A stretch of DNA of 64,000 nucleotides from Candidatus Nanoarchaeia archaeon (lineage in GTDB: Archaea > Nanobdellota > Nanobdellia > Pacearchaeales > GW2011-AR1), in contig JBAQGX010000003.1 of assembly GCA_049288015.1 (NCBI GenBank), positions 55,662 through 119,661 on the forward strand, given 5' to 3'. The notes under the pieces were generated by a model, which searched no databases, was not told the origin of the DNA, and saw only the letters and a list, made by a program, of their open reading frames with translations. Position 1 is the stretch's first letter; every line of letters begins with the position of its first letter. The translations under genes were made by a program, and so were the position numbers. Below, piece after piece: positions 1-10,049 of this stretch.

Positions 1-253
1 AAAGAGAATAGTTTGTAACATCTGTTTTTATCAGAATTGTTTTCCCTCCTGAGCCTGGAATATTAATTGTCTCATATCCTGATCCTGCCTCATTTGATTG
101 AGCAAAAATACCAGGGGCATTAACTCCCGAATATTTGTAACTATAGTTTTGTCCATTTAAAGAGAAGTACACGAAAGATATAGCTAATATTAGAGTAACT
201 CCTCCGAGTATAGAAAGGATAATTCCTGGGACATTTCTCTCTTTTTTTGCCAC
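1..253 (-). CDS. partial membrane-anchored secreted protein; candidate GTG start near 253, 3' end outside window
   Basis: The minus-strand frame stays open from about 307 to position 1. Translation reads VAKKERNVPGIILSILGGVTLILAISFVYFSLNGQNYSY, a basic N-terminus followed by one hydrophobic helix. The start codon is uncertain. Confidence 0.3.
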   Translation of the reverse strand, partial: MAKKERNVPGIILSILGGVTLILAISFVYFSLNGQNYSYKYSGVNAPGIFAQSNEAGSGYETINIPGSGGKTILIKTDVTNYSL

Positions 254-304
254 ACTTTTAAGGTAAGCAAACTTATTTAAAAAAGTATTTAATCTCAGTA
301 GAAT

Positions 305-380
305 GCGTCCGTAGCTCAGCCTGGATTAGAGCATCTCCGTCCTAAGGAGAGGGTCGTAGGTTCAAATCCTATCGGGCGCA
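305..380 (+). tRNA. tRNA-Arg (anticodon CCT)
   Basis: Cloverleaf folded by eye. The acceptor GCGTCCG pairs with CGGGCGC, the T-loop is TTCAAAT, and the anticodon loop GTCCTAA gives CCU. Confidence 0.8.
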
Positions 381-430
381 TAATTGTCATATAGTAATCT
401 TTAAAACTCTATTTTAATACATATTTTTAA

Positions 431-502
431 GCGTGGGTAGTATAGCGGCTAGTATATCTGCCTTCCAAGCAGATGGTCCGGGTTCGACCCCCGGCCTACG
501 CA
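431..502 (+). tRNA. tRNA-Gly (anticodon TCC)
   Basis: The acceptor GCGTGGG pairs with CCTACGC, the anticodon stem TCTGC pairs with GCAGA around loop CTTCCAA, and the T-loop is TTCGACC. Confidence 0.8.
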
Positions 503-510
503 CTTAAAAA

Positions 511-1428
511 ATGGAAGAACCAAAAGAAACAAAGAAGTTTGTCAGTTCGTTTAAAGACTTTTATAATAAAAGATACAAACTATTATTTGTACTTACAGCA
601 ATTCTAATACTTTCATCAATCGCTTTCATCTTTTTTTTCCACATCCAAAATCATGATTTTATCTATAAAGATATATCCTTGTCGGGAGGAACTTTAATTA
701 CAATTAATAGTAACAATCTTAGTGTTGCAAAATTGCAACAAGATCTTCCGAGCTATTTAGGAAATGTACAAGTCAATTCTATAAAAGATATTATTACTCA
801 AGAGCAGAAAGCAGTAACAATTCAGACATCGGAGAATGCAGATAATTCTAAACAGATACTGGATAATTATTTAGGATATAACTTAACAAGCCAGAATAGT
901 AGTTTTGAATTTACTAGTCCAACTTTGGGAGCAGGATTTTATCAGCAACTCTTGATTGCAATATTGGCCGCTTTTGTGTTCATGTCTATTGTTGTATTTA
1001 TTTTGTTTAGAACATTTGTCCCATCAGGAGCTGTTGTTTTATCTGCATTTGCCGATATTTTAATGACTCTTGTTGTGGTTGATCTTATCGGTATGAGATT
1101 ATCCTCTGCAGGGATCATAGCTTTCTTAATGCTGATTGGATATTCAGTAGATACGGATATACTACTTACAAATAGAGTACTAAAGAGAGATGTAGGTTCA
1201 ATAAATAGCAAAATTTTTGGAGCATTCAAAACAGGAATTACAATGTCAATTACCGCTTTGGCTTCCGTTCTTACAGCACTTATAATTACAGGCTCTTTCT
1301 CAAGCACACTTTCTCAAATATTTACAATTCTAGCAATTGGTCTTTGTTTTGATATATACAATACTTGGGTCACTAACGCTTCAATAATTAAATGGTACGC
1401 AACAAGAAAGAATGAAAATAAATCTTAA
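511..1428 (+). CDS. secF: protein-export membrane protein SecF
   Basis: 305 aa and polytopic. SecF-type motifs are present (LSGGTLITI, GYSVDTDILL). It overlaps the downstream secD gene. Confidence 0.8.
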   Translation: MEEPKETKKFVSSFKDFYNKRYKLLFVLTAILILSSIAFIFFFHIQNHDFIYKDISLSGGTLITINSNNLSVAKLQQDLPSYLGNVQVNSIKDIITQEQKAVTIQTSENADNSKQILDNYLGYNLTSQNSSFEFTSPTLGAGFYQQLLIAILAAFVFMSIVVFILFRTFVPSGAVVLSAFADILMTLVVVDLIGMRLSSAGIIAFLMLIGYSVDTDILLTNRVLKRDVGSINSKIFGAFKTGITMSITALASVLTALIITGSFSSTLSQIFTILAIGLCFDIYNTWVTNASIIKWYATRKNENKS

Positions 1429-2947
1429 ATTCACTTGGAAAATTTGGTTATTAATTATAATCCTTGTACTGTCTCTCCTATCTATATTTGCAACTCCTTA
1501 CTTATTCCAAAAAGGAGTTGTGATATCAAGTGTAACCACAAATTCAACCGCAGCTATTCAAGGATTTAATTCAAGTTCGGTGATAAATTCAATTAATGGC
1601 CAACCTGTTACAAACACAACAGATTATGCAAATATAATTCAGAATATATTTGTTTCAAATAACACAGTTAAAGTTACATTTAATACAAACCAAGGATCAA
1701 TAATTTATTATTCAAATTCTTCTCCAGATATCACCGTCTCAGATATTTCTCCAACAAGACTTCAAACTGGTTTGGATCTTTCTGGAGGAGCAAGTGCTCT
1801 AGTACAAGCCGCAAATCAATCTATGACTGCTTCTCAGGCAAGCGAAGTTGCACAAATGATTGATAATAGATTGAATGTTTATGGGTTGGAAGATATTAAA
1901 GTTTCACCTATAAGTGATTTGTCGGGAAATAATTATGTAAGTATTGAAATTGGAGGCAAAACTCCTGCAGATTTGGAAGATTTGATTTCTCAACAAGGAA
2001 AGTTTGAAGCTAAAATAGGTAATGTCACAGTTTTCCAGGGGGAAAAACAGGATATAGCAAACGTTGCAACATCTGGGCAACAGTCTGGGTTGCAACAATG
2101 CACTCAACAGTCAGATGGTTCTTATGTTTGCCAATTTAGTTTCGCGGTTTACTTAAGTCAGACAGCTGCACAGAGATTTGCAGATCTTACACAGAATCTC
2201 ACAATAAATCATACTTCCAGTGGAGATTATTTATCAAAAACTATTGATTTGTATCTTGATGGACAACTTCTTCAGGGAGGTAGTTTACAGATAAGTGCTG
2301 ACTTGCAAGGAAGAGTAACGACTCAAGTATCTATTCAAGGTTATGGTTCGGGAGTAACACAAACAGATGCGATTAATGATGCACAAGCTCAGATGAAAAA
2401 ACTTCAGACCGTATTACAAACAGGAAGTTTGCCATTCCAGTTAGAAATCGTTCAGCTAAATACAATCTCTCCATTATTAGGGAACTTTACTAACACAATA
2501 ATGTTGGCGGGTCTTGTTTCATTGCTTGCAGTATCTATAATTATATTCATAAGGTACAAGAAAGTTAGAATCCCTCTTGCTGTAATCTTCACCTGCCTAT
2601 CTGAAATAATAATTATCTTAGGTATTGCAGCATTCATAAGTTGGAATCTTGATCTTCCAAGTATTGCTGGAATTCTAGCCACAATTGGAACAGGTATTGA
2701 TAGTCAAATAATAATCCTTGATGAAGCTAAGACAAAAATATTAAATTTAAGACAGAGATTAAAGAGAGCATTCTCAATTATTTTAGGATCATATTTCACT
2801 GCATTTGTTTCTTTAATTCCTTTAGGTTGGGCTGCAGCTGGATTCTTTAAAGGATTTGCATTTACGACAATTATAGGTATTACTGTGGGTATTTTAATTA
2901 CAAGACCTGCCTTTGTGGATATTGTTAACAAGATTGAAAAAGAATAG
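1412..2947 (+). CDS. secD: protein-export membrane protein SecD
   Basis: 511 aa. It carries the GLDLSGG SecD periplasmic-domain motif and a C-terminal 6-TM SecDF-type bundle. Confidence 0.8.
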   Translation: MKINLKFTWKIWLLIIILVLSLLSIFATPYLFQKGVVISSVTTNSTAAIQGFNSSSVINSINGQPVTNTTDYANIIQNIFVSNNTVKVTFNTNQGSIIYYSNSSPDITVSDISPTRLQTGLDLSGGASALVQAANQSMTASQASEVAQMIDNRLNVYGLEDIKVSPISDLSGNNYVSIEIGGKTPADLEDLISQQGKFEAKIGNVTVFQGEKQDIANVATSGQQSGLQQCTQQSDGSYVCQFSFAVYLSQTAAQRFADLTQNLTINHTSSGDYLSKTIDLYLDGQLLQGGSLQISADLQGRVTTQVSIQGYGSGVTQTDAINDAQAQMKKLQTVLQTGSLPFQLEIVQLNTISPLLGNFTNTIMLAGLVSLLAVSIIIFIRYKKVRIPLAVIFTCLSEIIIILGIAAFISWNLDLPSIAGILATIGTGIDSQIIILDEAKTKILNLRQRLKRAFSIILGSYFTAFVSLIPLGWAAAGFFKGFAFTTIIGITVGILITRPAFVDIVNKIEKE

Positions 2948-2977
2948 AAATAAAAAATCAAAAATCTATTTTCAATC

Positions 2978-4357
2978 ATGAAATCTAGTATTAAAGAAAA
3001 TATTTCTTCCGGTGCAGGGGATATAAAAAAGTTATGGCATAGACTAAAGAATCGTGATTTTTCTGGAAATTCAGGACTTGCAATACAAAATAGTCTATAT
3101 CAGTTCCTTACAAATGTGTCCACAAAGTTAGGTGCACTAATATTTACTGTAATTTTAGCAAGAGTAATGATGCCTACTTTGTTTGGGGAGTACAGCCTTG
3201 CTCTTTCAGTGGTCTTAATTTTTGTTTCTTTTTCAGACTTAGGTATTGGAGATACGATGATCCGGTTTGTATCAAAAAAAATTGGAGAGAATAATCCCCA
3301 AAAGGCAAAAACTTACACTAAATATTTTATCAAAATAAAATTTGTATTTATATTTTCTATATCTCTACTTATTCTTATTTTAGCAAAAGTTATCTCAAAC
3401 ATTTATCCTAATGAACCTATATATTTGGCTCTTATGGCCGGATCTATCTATATTTTCTTTGTGGGATTTGTTGCATTTTTTATAAATGTTTTAAATGCGA
3501 ATAGTCATTTTAAACCAATATTTTATAGAGAAACAGTCTTTCAAGTTATAAGAATTATATTAATCCCCTTAATTACTATTTATCTTTTGAAAAATAATTT
3601 TAGTAGTGAACTGATTTTATTTTGGAATATTGCAATGTTAGCGGTAACATATTTTCTTTCAGGATTTACCTTTTTATCTTACAAAGAAGTAAATATATTT
3701 TCCATACTTAAACAGAAAGAGCAACTTTCTTCGCCTGAAAAGAAACAAGTAAATAAGTTCATTCTTCTTATGTCTGCTACTGTCTTTTCGGGTGTATTCT
3801 TTGGATATATTGATACCGTAATTCTTGGACTTTTTGTCCAGCCCCAATATATTGGATATTATAGAGCAGCATTTAATCTTATAGCTGCGATAGCCCCACT
3901 AATAACCCTCTACGTTGCAGTATATCCTATTTTTAACAAACTAAACAAAGAAGATCTTGAAATATTATTTAAGAGATCATTCAGGATAACTTTAATCTTA
4001 TCTGTACTAATTTCAATATTTCTATTTGCATTCGCAAATATTATAATTAGTCTTATTTATGGATCTGCATATTCAATGTCTGCCAATATACTCAGGATAT
4101 TTTCAATAGTATTAGTCACATTCCCAATAACTGGAATTTATTATGCTTATTTTGCTTCAATAGGAAAGCCAGAAATTAATACCAGGACGCTTGCTTGGTC
4201 TACAGTAATTAATATTGCCCTTAATATAATTTTGATTAGCTGGCTTGTAAGATATAGCCCTCTTTGGGCTGCATATGGAGCAGCAGCAGCAACGATTATA
4301 AGCAGATGGTTTTATACAATAGCATTAGCAGTTTATAAGAGAAAATTGAAGACCTGA
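2978..4357 (+). CDS. oligosaccharide/polysaccharide flippase (Wzx/MOP superfamily)
   Basis: 459 aa with about 12 predicted TM helices. It has the Wzx-like architecture and opens the glycan cluster. Confidence 0.65.
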   Translation: MKSSIKENISSGAGDIKKLWHRLKNRDFSGNSGLAIQNSLYQFLTNVSTKLGALIFTVILARVMMPTLFGEYSLALSVVLIFVSFSDLGIGDTMIRFVSKKIGENNPQKAKTYTKYFIKIKFVFIFSISLLILILAKVISNIYPNEPIYLALMAGSIYIFFVGFVAFFINVLNANSHFKPIFYRETVFQVIRIILIPLITIYLLKNNFSSELILFWNIAMLAVTYFLSGFTFLSYKEVNIFSILKQKEQLSSPEKKQVNKFILLMSATVFSGVFFGYIDTVILGLFVQPQYIGYYRAAFNLIAAIAPLITLYVAVYPIFNKLNKEDLEILFKRSFRITLILSVLISIFLFAFANIIISLIYGSAYSMSANILRIFSIVLVTFPITGIYYAYFASIGKPEINTRTLAWSTVINIALNIILISWLVRYSPLWAAYGAAAATIISRWFYTIALAVYKRKLKT

Positions 4358-4374
4358 AAAATTTTAATAATTTA

Positions 4375-5571
4375 TTAAACTTTTTTCAAACTTAGTAACT
4401 TATTATATTCTTTTATGCAAGTATCTGCGAGAAAACTATAATCATATTTTTCTGCCATTTTTTTGGAAACCTCCCCCATTTTTTTCATTTTTGATTTGCC
4501 GCTATTATATATTTTTAATAAAGCATCCCTTATTCCCAGAGGATTTTTGAATCCAACAACAAAACCATTTTTACCATTATCAACTAAATAGGGTTGAGCT
4601 GAACTAACAATAGGTAGCCCGCAGGCCATTGCCTCTTGTATTGTAATCATAAATTCTTCTGAGAGGGTTGCAGCAACAAAAAGATCTGATGAAAAGTAAT
4701 AATCATATAAGACTTTTTCTGGAACATTTTTCCTATGAAAAACATCTTTCTCCAATTCTAACCCTTCTTCTTTTACCCATTTATACATATCTTCTTCCAA
4801 GATCCCTCGACCAACCATCAAAAGTTTGGCATTTGGAATATCTTTCTTTAAAAGAGCAAATCCTTTTATGATATCATCGATTCCTTTATCTGGTGCTATC
4901 TGTCCGGTACTTAAAATCAATAAATCATCTTTCTTGATTCCGAGTTCCTTTCTTTTATCTTCATAACTCTTTTTCATATTTTGAATCTGATAAAAATTAA
5001 CTCCATTTGGTAAAAGAAAGATTTTATCTTCTGAAACTCCTAGCTTAGTTATTCTTGGAACTTGGAACTCTCCATCTGCAGCTATAGAATCTGATTTCTC
5101 CAAGACATACTGCCAAGGTTTTCTTAAAAACAACTTAATATATAATTTGCTTATGCCCTTTTGTCTCAAAGTTTCCTTCCCATACCATGCCTCCATACCC
5201 CATGTTTGATAGATTACTGGTTTCCTTTCTTTCTTATGTAAATACCACCAAGCAAACGATTCAGTACTATGTAATATATCAAAATTAGTTTTTTGGAGAT
5301 ATTTCATAAGATTATAACTAAATACAAATTTGTATGGTATGTTAGGAAATATCCTTCTAACCCCTGTATAAACAGGAGGCAGGAAAATATAACTAACACC
5401 ATTATACACGGTTTCTTTGAGTTTAGGATTGTCCTTAAGTTTGGTTGTAACAACAGTGACATTTATACCTTTTTTTACTAACTCTTCAGAAAGGTAGTGA
5501 ACATATTTTGATCCCCCATCAAATGCATTATGAAAATGGAAAGTTTCCATTCTTGGAAAGACTACCCTCAC
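4375..5571 (-). CDS. glycosyltransferase family 4 (GT-B, retaining)
   Basis: 398 aa. The C-terminal GT1/GT4 EX7E-type motif is present (ATLSEEFMITIQEAMACGLPIVSS). Confidence 0.8.
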   Translation of the reverse strand: MRVVFPRMETFHFHNAFDGGSKYVHYLSEELVKKGINVTVVTTKLKDNPKLKETVYNGVSYIFLPPVYTGVRRIFPNIPYKFVFSYNLMKYLQKTNFDILHSTESFAWWYLHKKERKPVIYQTWGMEAWYGKETLRQKGISKLYIKLFLRKPWQYVLEKSDSIAADGEFQVPRITKLGVSEDKIFLLPNGVNFYQIQNMKKSYEDKRKELGIKKDDLLILSTGQIAPDKGIDDIIKGFALLKKDIPNAKLLMVGRGILEEDMYKWVKEEGLELEKDVFHRKNVPEKVLYDYYFSSDLFVAATLSEEFMITIQEAMACGLPIVSSAQPYLVDNGKNGFVVGFKNPLGIRDALLKIYNSGKSKMKKMGEVSKKMAEKYDYSFLADTCIKEYNKLLSLKKV

Positions 5572-6104
5572 TTTACTACTTCTAATATAAAATGAACTTC
5601 ATTTGCAGGGAATAGATTTGCAAAAAAGGCCTCATAAATATTTGGAAATTTATTTGCAAAGAAATAAAGACCAAAAAAAGTATAGGTTCTGCAGAAAACA
5701 ATTTCTTTTTTAAAAAATTTAAATCTTATATCTCCATACTCATGAGATTGAATTTTGCCAATATGATTTTTTCCCTTAGGTTCGAATTCAACATAATCAA
5801 AACTGGTAAAGCTAAAAGGATGTAGATGAGTTAAATCCGAAGCAGCTGCACTTGAAGAATAATATGGAACCCTTATATCAATTCTTCCTCCTTTTTTCAC
5901 AACTCGATGCATTTCATTTATCAACGGGATTATATTCCAAACATGTTCTATAACATGATATGCTATTATCTCGTCTACTGAATCGTCCTTAAAGGGGAGC
6001 TTTTTTTCTAAATTAATAACCATATCTGGATTTACTGTGGACGAAATGTCACAATTCAAATATCCATCTAGCTTTACTTGACCACATCCCAAATTAAGCT
6101 TCAT
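5568..6104 (-). CDS. class I SAM-dependent methyltransferase
   Basis: 178 aa. Motif I LNLGCG is near the N-terminus and the size fits the Methyltransf_11 type. There is a 4-nt overlap with the neighbouring gene. Confidence 0.7.
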   Translation of the reverse strand: MKLNLGCGQVKLDGYLNCDISSTVNPDMVINLEKKLPFKDDSVDEIIAYHVIEHVWNIIPLINEMHRVVKKGGRIDIRVPYYSSSAAASDLTHLHPFSFTSFDYVEFEPKGKNHIGKIQSHEYGDIRFKFFKKEIVFCRTYTFFGLYFFANKFPNIYEAFFANLFPANEVHFILEVVK

Positions 6105-7180
6105 TTTACTAGTACTTCTTTTATAATTTTACAAATCTTCTCAATTTCTTCTTTTTTTAACTTAGAAGAAGAAGGTAAGTTGAGTCCTCTCTTTTCCAAT
6201 TCTTCTGCTACAGGAAAATGTTCTTTAGTAAAATAAGGGGGCATTTGATTCAAGGGTATAAAGAAAGGTCTCGTCTCTATCCCCTCTTTTTCCAATCTTT
6301 CAATAACCTCTTCTTTTTTATTAGTCAGGATTATATTCATCCAATACACATTTTTTCTGTCGTCTTTTTTCGGGATAAATCCCATACTTTTGATACCTTT
6401 TAACAATTGAACATATAAATCTGAATTTTCTTCCCTTATTTTTAAGAAAGACTTTATCTTTTCTAATTGTGCCAAACCTATTGCAGCTTCTATGTTAGTC
6501 ATTCTATAGTTGAATCCAATAACAGAATGCCAATATCTTCTTTCTTTACTCATTCCCTGATTCCTAAATAATTCCATTTTTTCTTTCAATTCTTCATTAT
6601 TTGTAACACACATTCCTCCCTCACCTGTCGTAATAACTTTATTACCAAAGAAACTAAAACATCCGATATCTCCAAAACTACCTACTTTTTTACCATTATA
6701 TTCAGCCCCATGAGCTTCTGCGCAATCTTCTATAACATAAAGATTATGCTTATTTGCAATTTCCATAATCTTTCCCATATCGCAAGGTATTCCATATAAA
6801 TGTACTGGAATTATTGCTTTTGTTTTTTTGGTGATTTTCTTTTCAATTTCATTAGGATCAATTGTCCAGGTATCTCTTTCAGAATCTACAAAAACAGGAG
6901 TAGCATTAACATATTTTACTGCATTTGCAGTTGCAATATAAGTAGACACTGGAACTATGACCTCGTCACCATCTTTTATACCTAATGCGAGTAAAGCAAG
7001 ATGTAATGCCGCAGTTCCATTACAGCAGCCAATTCCATATTTTACTTCGCAAAATTCCGCAAATTCTTTCTCAAATTTGTGAATATATTCTCCTTTGGAC
7101 GAGATCCAACTGCTTTTCACCGCGTCTATTACATATTCTAATTCTTCGTTTCCAAGCAGTGGTTCAGATACCGGAATCAT
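6101..7180 (-). CDS. DegT/DnrJ/EryC1/StrS-family PLP-dependent sugar aminotransferase
   Basis: 359 aa. The N-terminus MIPVSEPLLGNEELEYV..WIS.G is typical of nucleotide-sugar aminotransferases. Confidence 0.8.
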   Translation of the reverse strand: MIPVSEPLLGNEELEYVIDAVKSSWISSKGEYIHKFEKEFAEFCEVKYGIGCCNGTAALHLALLALGIKDGDEVIVPVSTYIATANAVKYVNATPVFVDSERDTWTIDPNEIEKKITKKTKAIIPVHLYGIPCDMGKIMEIANKHNLYVIEDCAEAHGAEYNGKKVGSFGDIGCFSFFGNKVITTGEGGMCVTNNEELKEKMELFRNQGMSKERRYWHSVIGFNYRMTNIEAAIGLAQLEKIKSFLKIREENSDLYVQLLKGIKSMGFIPKKDDRKNVYWMNIILTNKKEEVIERLEKEGIETRPFFIPLNQMPPYFTKEHFPVAEELEKRGLNLPSSSKLKKEEIEKICKIIKEVLVK

Positions 7181-7250
7181 CTTAATAAAAATCTCCCATA
7201 TTTTATGTCTATTTGAAATTATATATAAAGGTTTTTATTCCTTATGGATG

Positions 7251-7763
7251 TTAATTCTGATGTAAAAAATCTAAAATCTTTTTAACAGACTCTTCGACAT
7301 TTTCTTTTGTAGAATTAATCTCTACTTCCGGAGATTCTGGAGGTTCGTAAGGAACGTGTAATCCAATAAAGTTTTTAATTTCCCCAATTTCTGCTTTTGC
7401 ATATAATCCCTTAACATCTCTTTTCTTGCATTCCTCATATGAGCATTTTACATATATTTCAATAAAATTATCTCCTAAAACTCTCCGTGCCATTTCACGG
7501 GATTCTTTGAAAGGCGAGATTATTGGAACTAATATGTAATCCACTATACCCATAGAGTCTTTGCACAACTCAACTATTAATCTATTATTTTCTTTTATAT
7601 CTTCAGGGGTAAATCCTAAATGCTTGTGCAATCTTTCTCTAACATCATCACCATCAAAGATTTCATAGCTTTTGCCAAGATTATCAAATTTTTTTCTGAG
7701 AAGGTCTGTGATGGTACTTTTACCACTTCCAGATAATCCAGTAAACCATAGAACTTGAGTCAT
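7251..7763 (-). CDS. cysC: adenylylsulfate (APS) kinase
   Basis: 170 aa. It has the FTGLSGSGKST P-loop and APS-kinase length. It overlaps the upstream sat fusion by 4 nt. Confidence 0.85.
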   Translation of the reverse strand: MTQVLWFTGLSGSGKSTITDLLRKKFDNLGKSYEIFDGDDVRERLHKHLGFTPEDIKENNRLIVELCKDSMGIVDYILVPIISPFKESREMARRVLGDNFIEIYVKCSYEECKKRDVKGLYAKAEIGEIKNFIGLHVPYEPPESPEVEINSTKENVEESVKKILDFLHQN

Positions 7764-9970
7764 TCTACAAAAACTTTATCTCCCTTCTTTATACTTTCAA
7801 TGATTATATCAGATATTTCTGGTCTCATAAACCATTCTGGAGGTCTTATACCCTTATTTAGCATTTCTCTTGCCTGAGTTCCAGAAATATGCATCTTATT
7901 TTCTTCAGGATAGTCAATAAAATCGGGTTCATGTATGTACTTGTTGTCTAAATCAGAATAAAAAACAGTATCAAATTTTATTATTTCCATACCAAGTTCT
8001 TCTTTTGTAAATTTGTTAAAGATTTTGTGAGAAGCTTGCGGATCATAAAAATTTCCAACTCCTGTATGATCTCTTCCAACAATAAAGTGAGAACATCCGA
8101 AGTTCTTTCTTACTAGTGCTGTAAAGACTGCTTCTCTTGGTCCACCATATCTAGAATATGTTCCCAGAGTTCCAAAAACAACTTTTGATTTAGGATAAAT
8201 GTCTTTAATCATCTTCTCATAAGTTTTGATTATTATATCTGACTCAAAATCTCCAATTTTTTTCTTTCCTATAACCGGATGAACAAATAAACCATCACAA
8301 AGTCCTCTTTTTAGTCCTTCCAATTGTACAAATTCATGAGATCTATGTATAACATTTCTTGTATGAAATCCAACTACTTTGCTCCACCCTCTTTCCGAAA
8401 ATATTTTTCTTGTCTGTTTAGGTGTTAATTCATGACTGTTCTGGGAAATTCTTTTTTTTATTAAGCTAATTTTTCCACCCAAAAAAGTATTTCCTCCATC
8501 CAAAAACTTTTTTACTCCCGGATGATTTTCATCCAAAGTTCCGTAAACTTTTAAGGCGAGGTCACTTTTGTTCAAATTATATATCTCTTCTATATGAAGT
8601 ATGGCGTAGACTTCATTATCTTTAGATAACGATACATCTTCATTTTCTTCAAAGTTATTGGATATTTTTTCATCTATTTTTAATAAAATTGGTAAAGGCC
8701 AAATTGCATTGTTGGGTAATCGCATGTTATCTGCAACAGATTCTGCTTCATTCTTTTTCATAAAACCTTCAATAGGACTAAATGAACCCATTGCAATTTG
8801 TTCCACATCCATTAAAGTTTCTTCATCAATCTCAATTTTTTTATTTGGAATTATTCCATTATAATTTGGAAAGAATCTATTTACAAGTTTACCTCCATGA
8901 GGTTTTACCAATATTTCTGGAACTTTATCTGATTTTATATAGTTAGAATTAATTATCTTAGTAACTAAATCTTCTCCTTTTTGACTATTCAAAAAATTAA
9001 CTTGCTTCATCAGTACAGATAGCATATTAACTGTCTCAACAGGGTATTTTCCGACAGCAGTTTCTTTTGTTAATGCAATACCACTAACCCCATCTAAAAG
9101 TGTATTTATTATATCATTAACCTCTGCCTTATTTGGTTTTAATGCCATAGACATTTGTTCCAAGGTATTTGTTGCAACAAAAATTTCTTTTCCAAGATCT
9201 CTAACATTCTTTATTATTAACTTTTGAATAAAAGGAATCTTTTCAAGAGGAATTTGTGAACTTAAATCTCCTCGGTCAATAAGTATTCCATCAGAAACTT
9301 TTGCAATTTCAATAAAATTTTCTAGACCTTTTTTTGATTCTATCTTTGAGTATACTATTGCTTCTGGATATATCTTTCTAAATTTTGATACACTTTCAGG
9401 ATCTTCCATAAAAGATAGCGTGAAGTGGTTTATATTATGCTTTTTTGCAAGTTCAATAGCAGTGTGATCTTTTTTACTAAAAGGAGGTAAATTAAAGGTA
9501 GGACTATCCACTAAAACTGCTTTCTTTCCTCCTACTAGTCCGCCAATTATAACTTCGCACAATATATATCCTTCAACTATTTTTGAAGTATCAAAAACTC
9601 TAAGCAGAACCGAATTAAAATCTATAGAGATTAAATCCCCTACATCTAATTTTTTTATAATCCCGCTTGGATTTAAAAAAAGATTATTAGCATCGCATTT
9701 AATAGGATCTCCAAATAATTTAATCAAGTCCCCATCATTAAATCTAATCTCTTCGGTGTTGCCGGATCTTATTTGTGACCCTTCGGTATCTAGTATTATA
9801 GGTACTCCATAATCTATAATATCCCTTATTTTTTCATCAATTTCGTTTTCCTCAGTATGAGAGAGATTTATCCTAAAAAAATCAACTCCGCTATTTTTTA
9901 ACTTCCCAAGAGTTTCTGGATTATTAGATGAAGGACCTATAGTGCATATGATTTTTGTGCCATTTATCAT
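7760..9970 (-). CDS. sat: bifunctional fusion: N-terminal pyruvate-kinase-like barrel domain plus C-terminal sulfate adenylyltransferase (ATP sulfurylase)
   Basis: 736 aa. The N-terminal ~330 aa carry PK motifs (KIICTIGP, FRINLSHT, DTEGSQIR, KIESKKGLEN, DRGDLS, TKETAVGKYP). The C-terminal ~400 aa carry ATP-sulfurylase motifs (GFHTRNVIHRSHE, IVGRDHTGVG). Confidence 0.8.
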   Translation of the reverse strand: MINGTKIICTIGPSSNNPETLGKLKNSGVDFFRINLSHTEENEIDEKIRDIIDYGVPIILDTEGSQIRSGNTEEIRFNDGDLIKLFGDPIKCDANNLFLNPSGIIKKLDVGDLISIDFNSVLLRVFDTSKIVEGYILCEVIIGGLVGGKKAVLVDSPTFNLPPFSKKDHTAIELAKKHNINHFTLSFMEDPESVSKFRKIYPEAIVYSKIESKKGLENFIEIAKVSDGILIDRGDLSSQIPLEKIPFIQKLIIKNVRDLGKEIFVATNTLEQMSMALKPNKAEVNDIINTLLDGVSGIALTKETAVGKYPVETVNMLSVLMKQVNFLNSQKGEDLVTKIINSNYIKSDKVPEILVKPHGGKLVNRFFPNYNGIIPNKKIEIDEETLMDVEQIAMGSFSPIEGFMKKNEAESVADNMRLPNNAIWPLPILLKIDEKISNNFEENEDVSLSKDNEVYAILHIEEIYNLNKSDLALKVYGTLDENHPGVKKFLDGGNTFLGGKISLIKKRISQNSHELTPKQTRKIFSERGWSKVVGFHTRNVIHRSHEFVQLEGLKRGLCDGLFVHPVIGKKKIGDFESDIIIKTYEKMIKDIYPKSKVVFGTLGTYSRYGGPREAVFTALVRKNFGCSHFIVGRDHTGVGNFYDPQASHKIFNKFTKEELGMEIIKFDTVFYSDLDNKYIHEPDFIDYPEENKMHISGTQAREMLNKGIRPPEWFMRPEISDIIIESIKKGDKVFVE

Positions 9971-10049
9971 ATTCCTAAACTTGGTTATTTCCTTTTAAAG
10001 CTTATGAAATTTAGACATACTTTTAAGTAACTTTTAAAAATAAAATATC

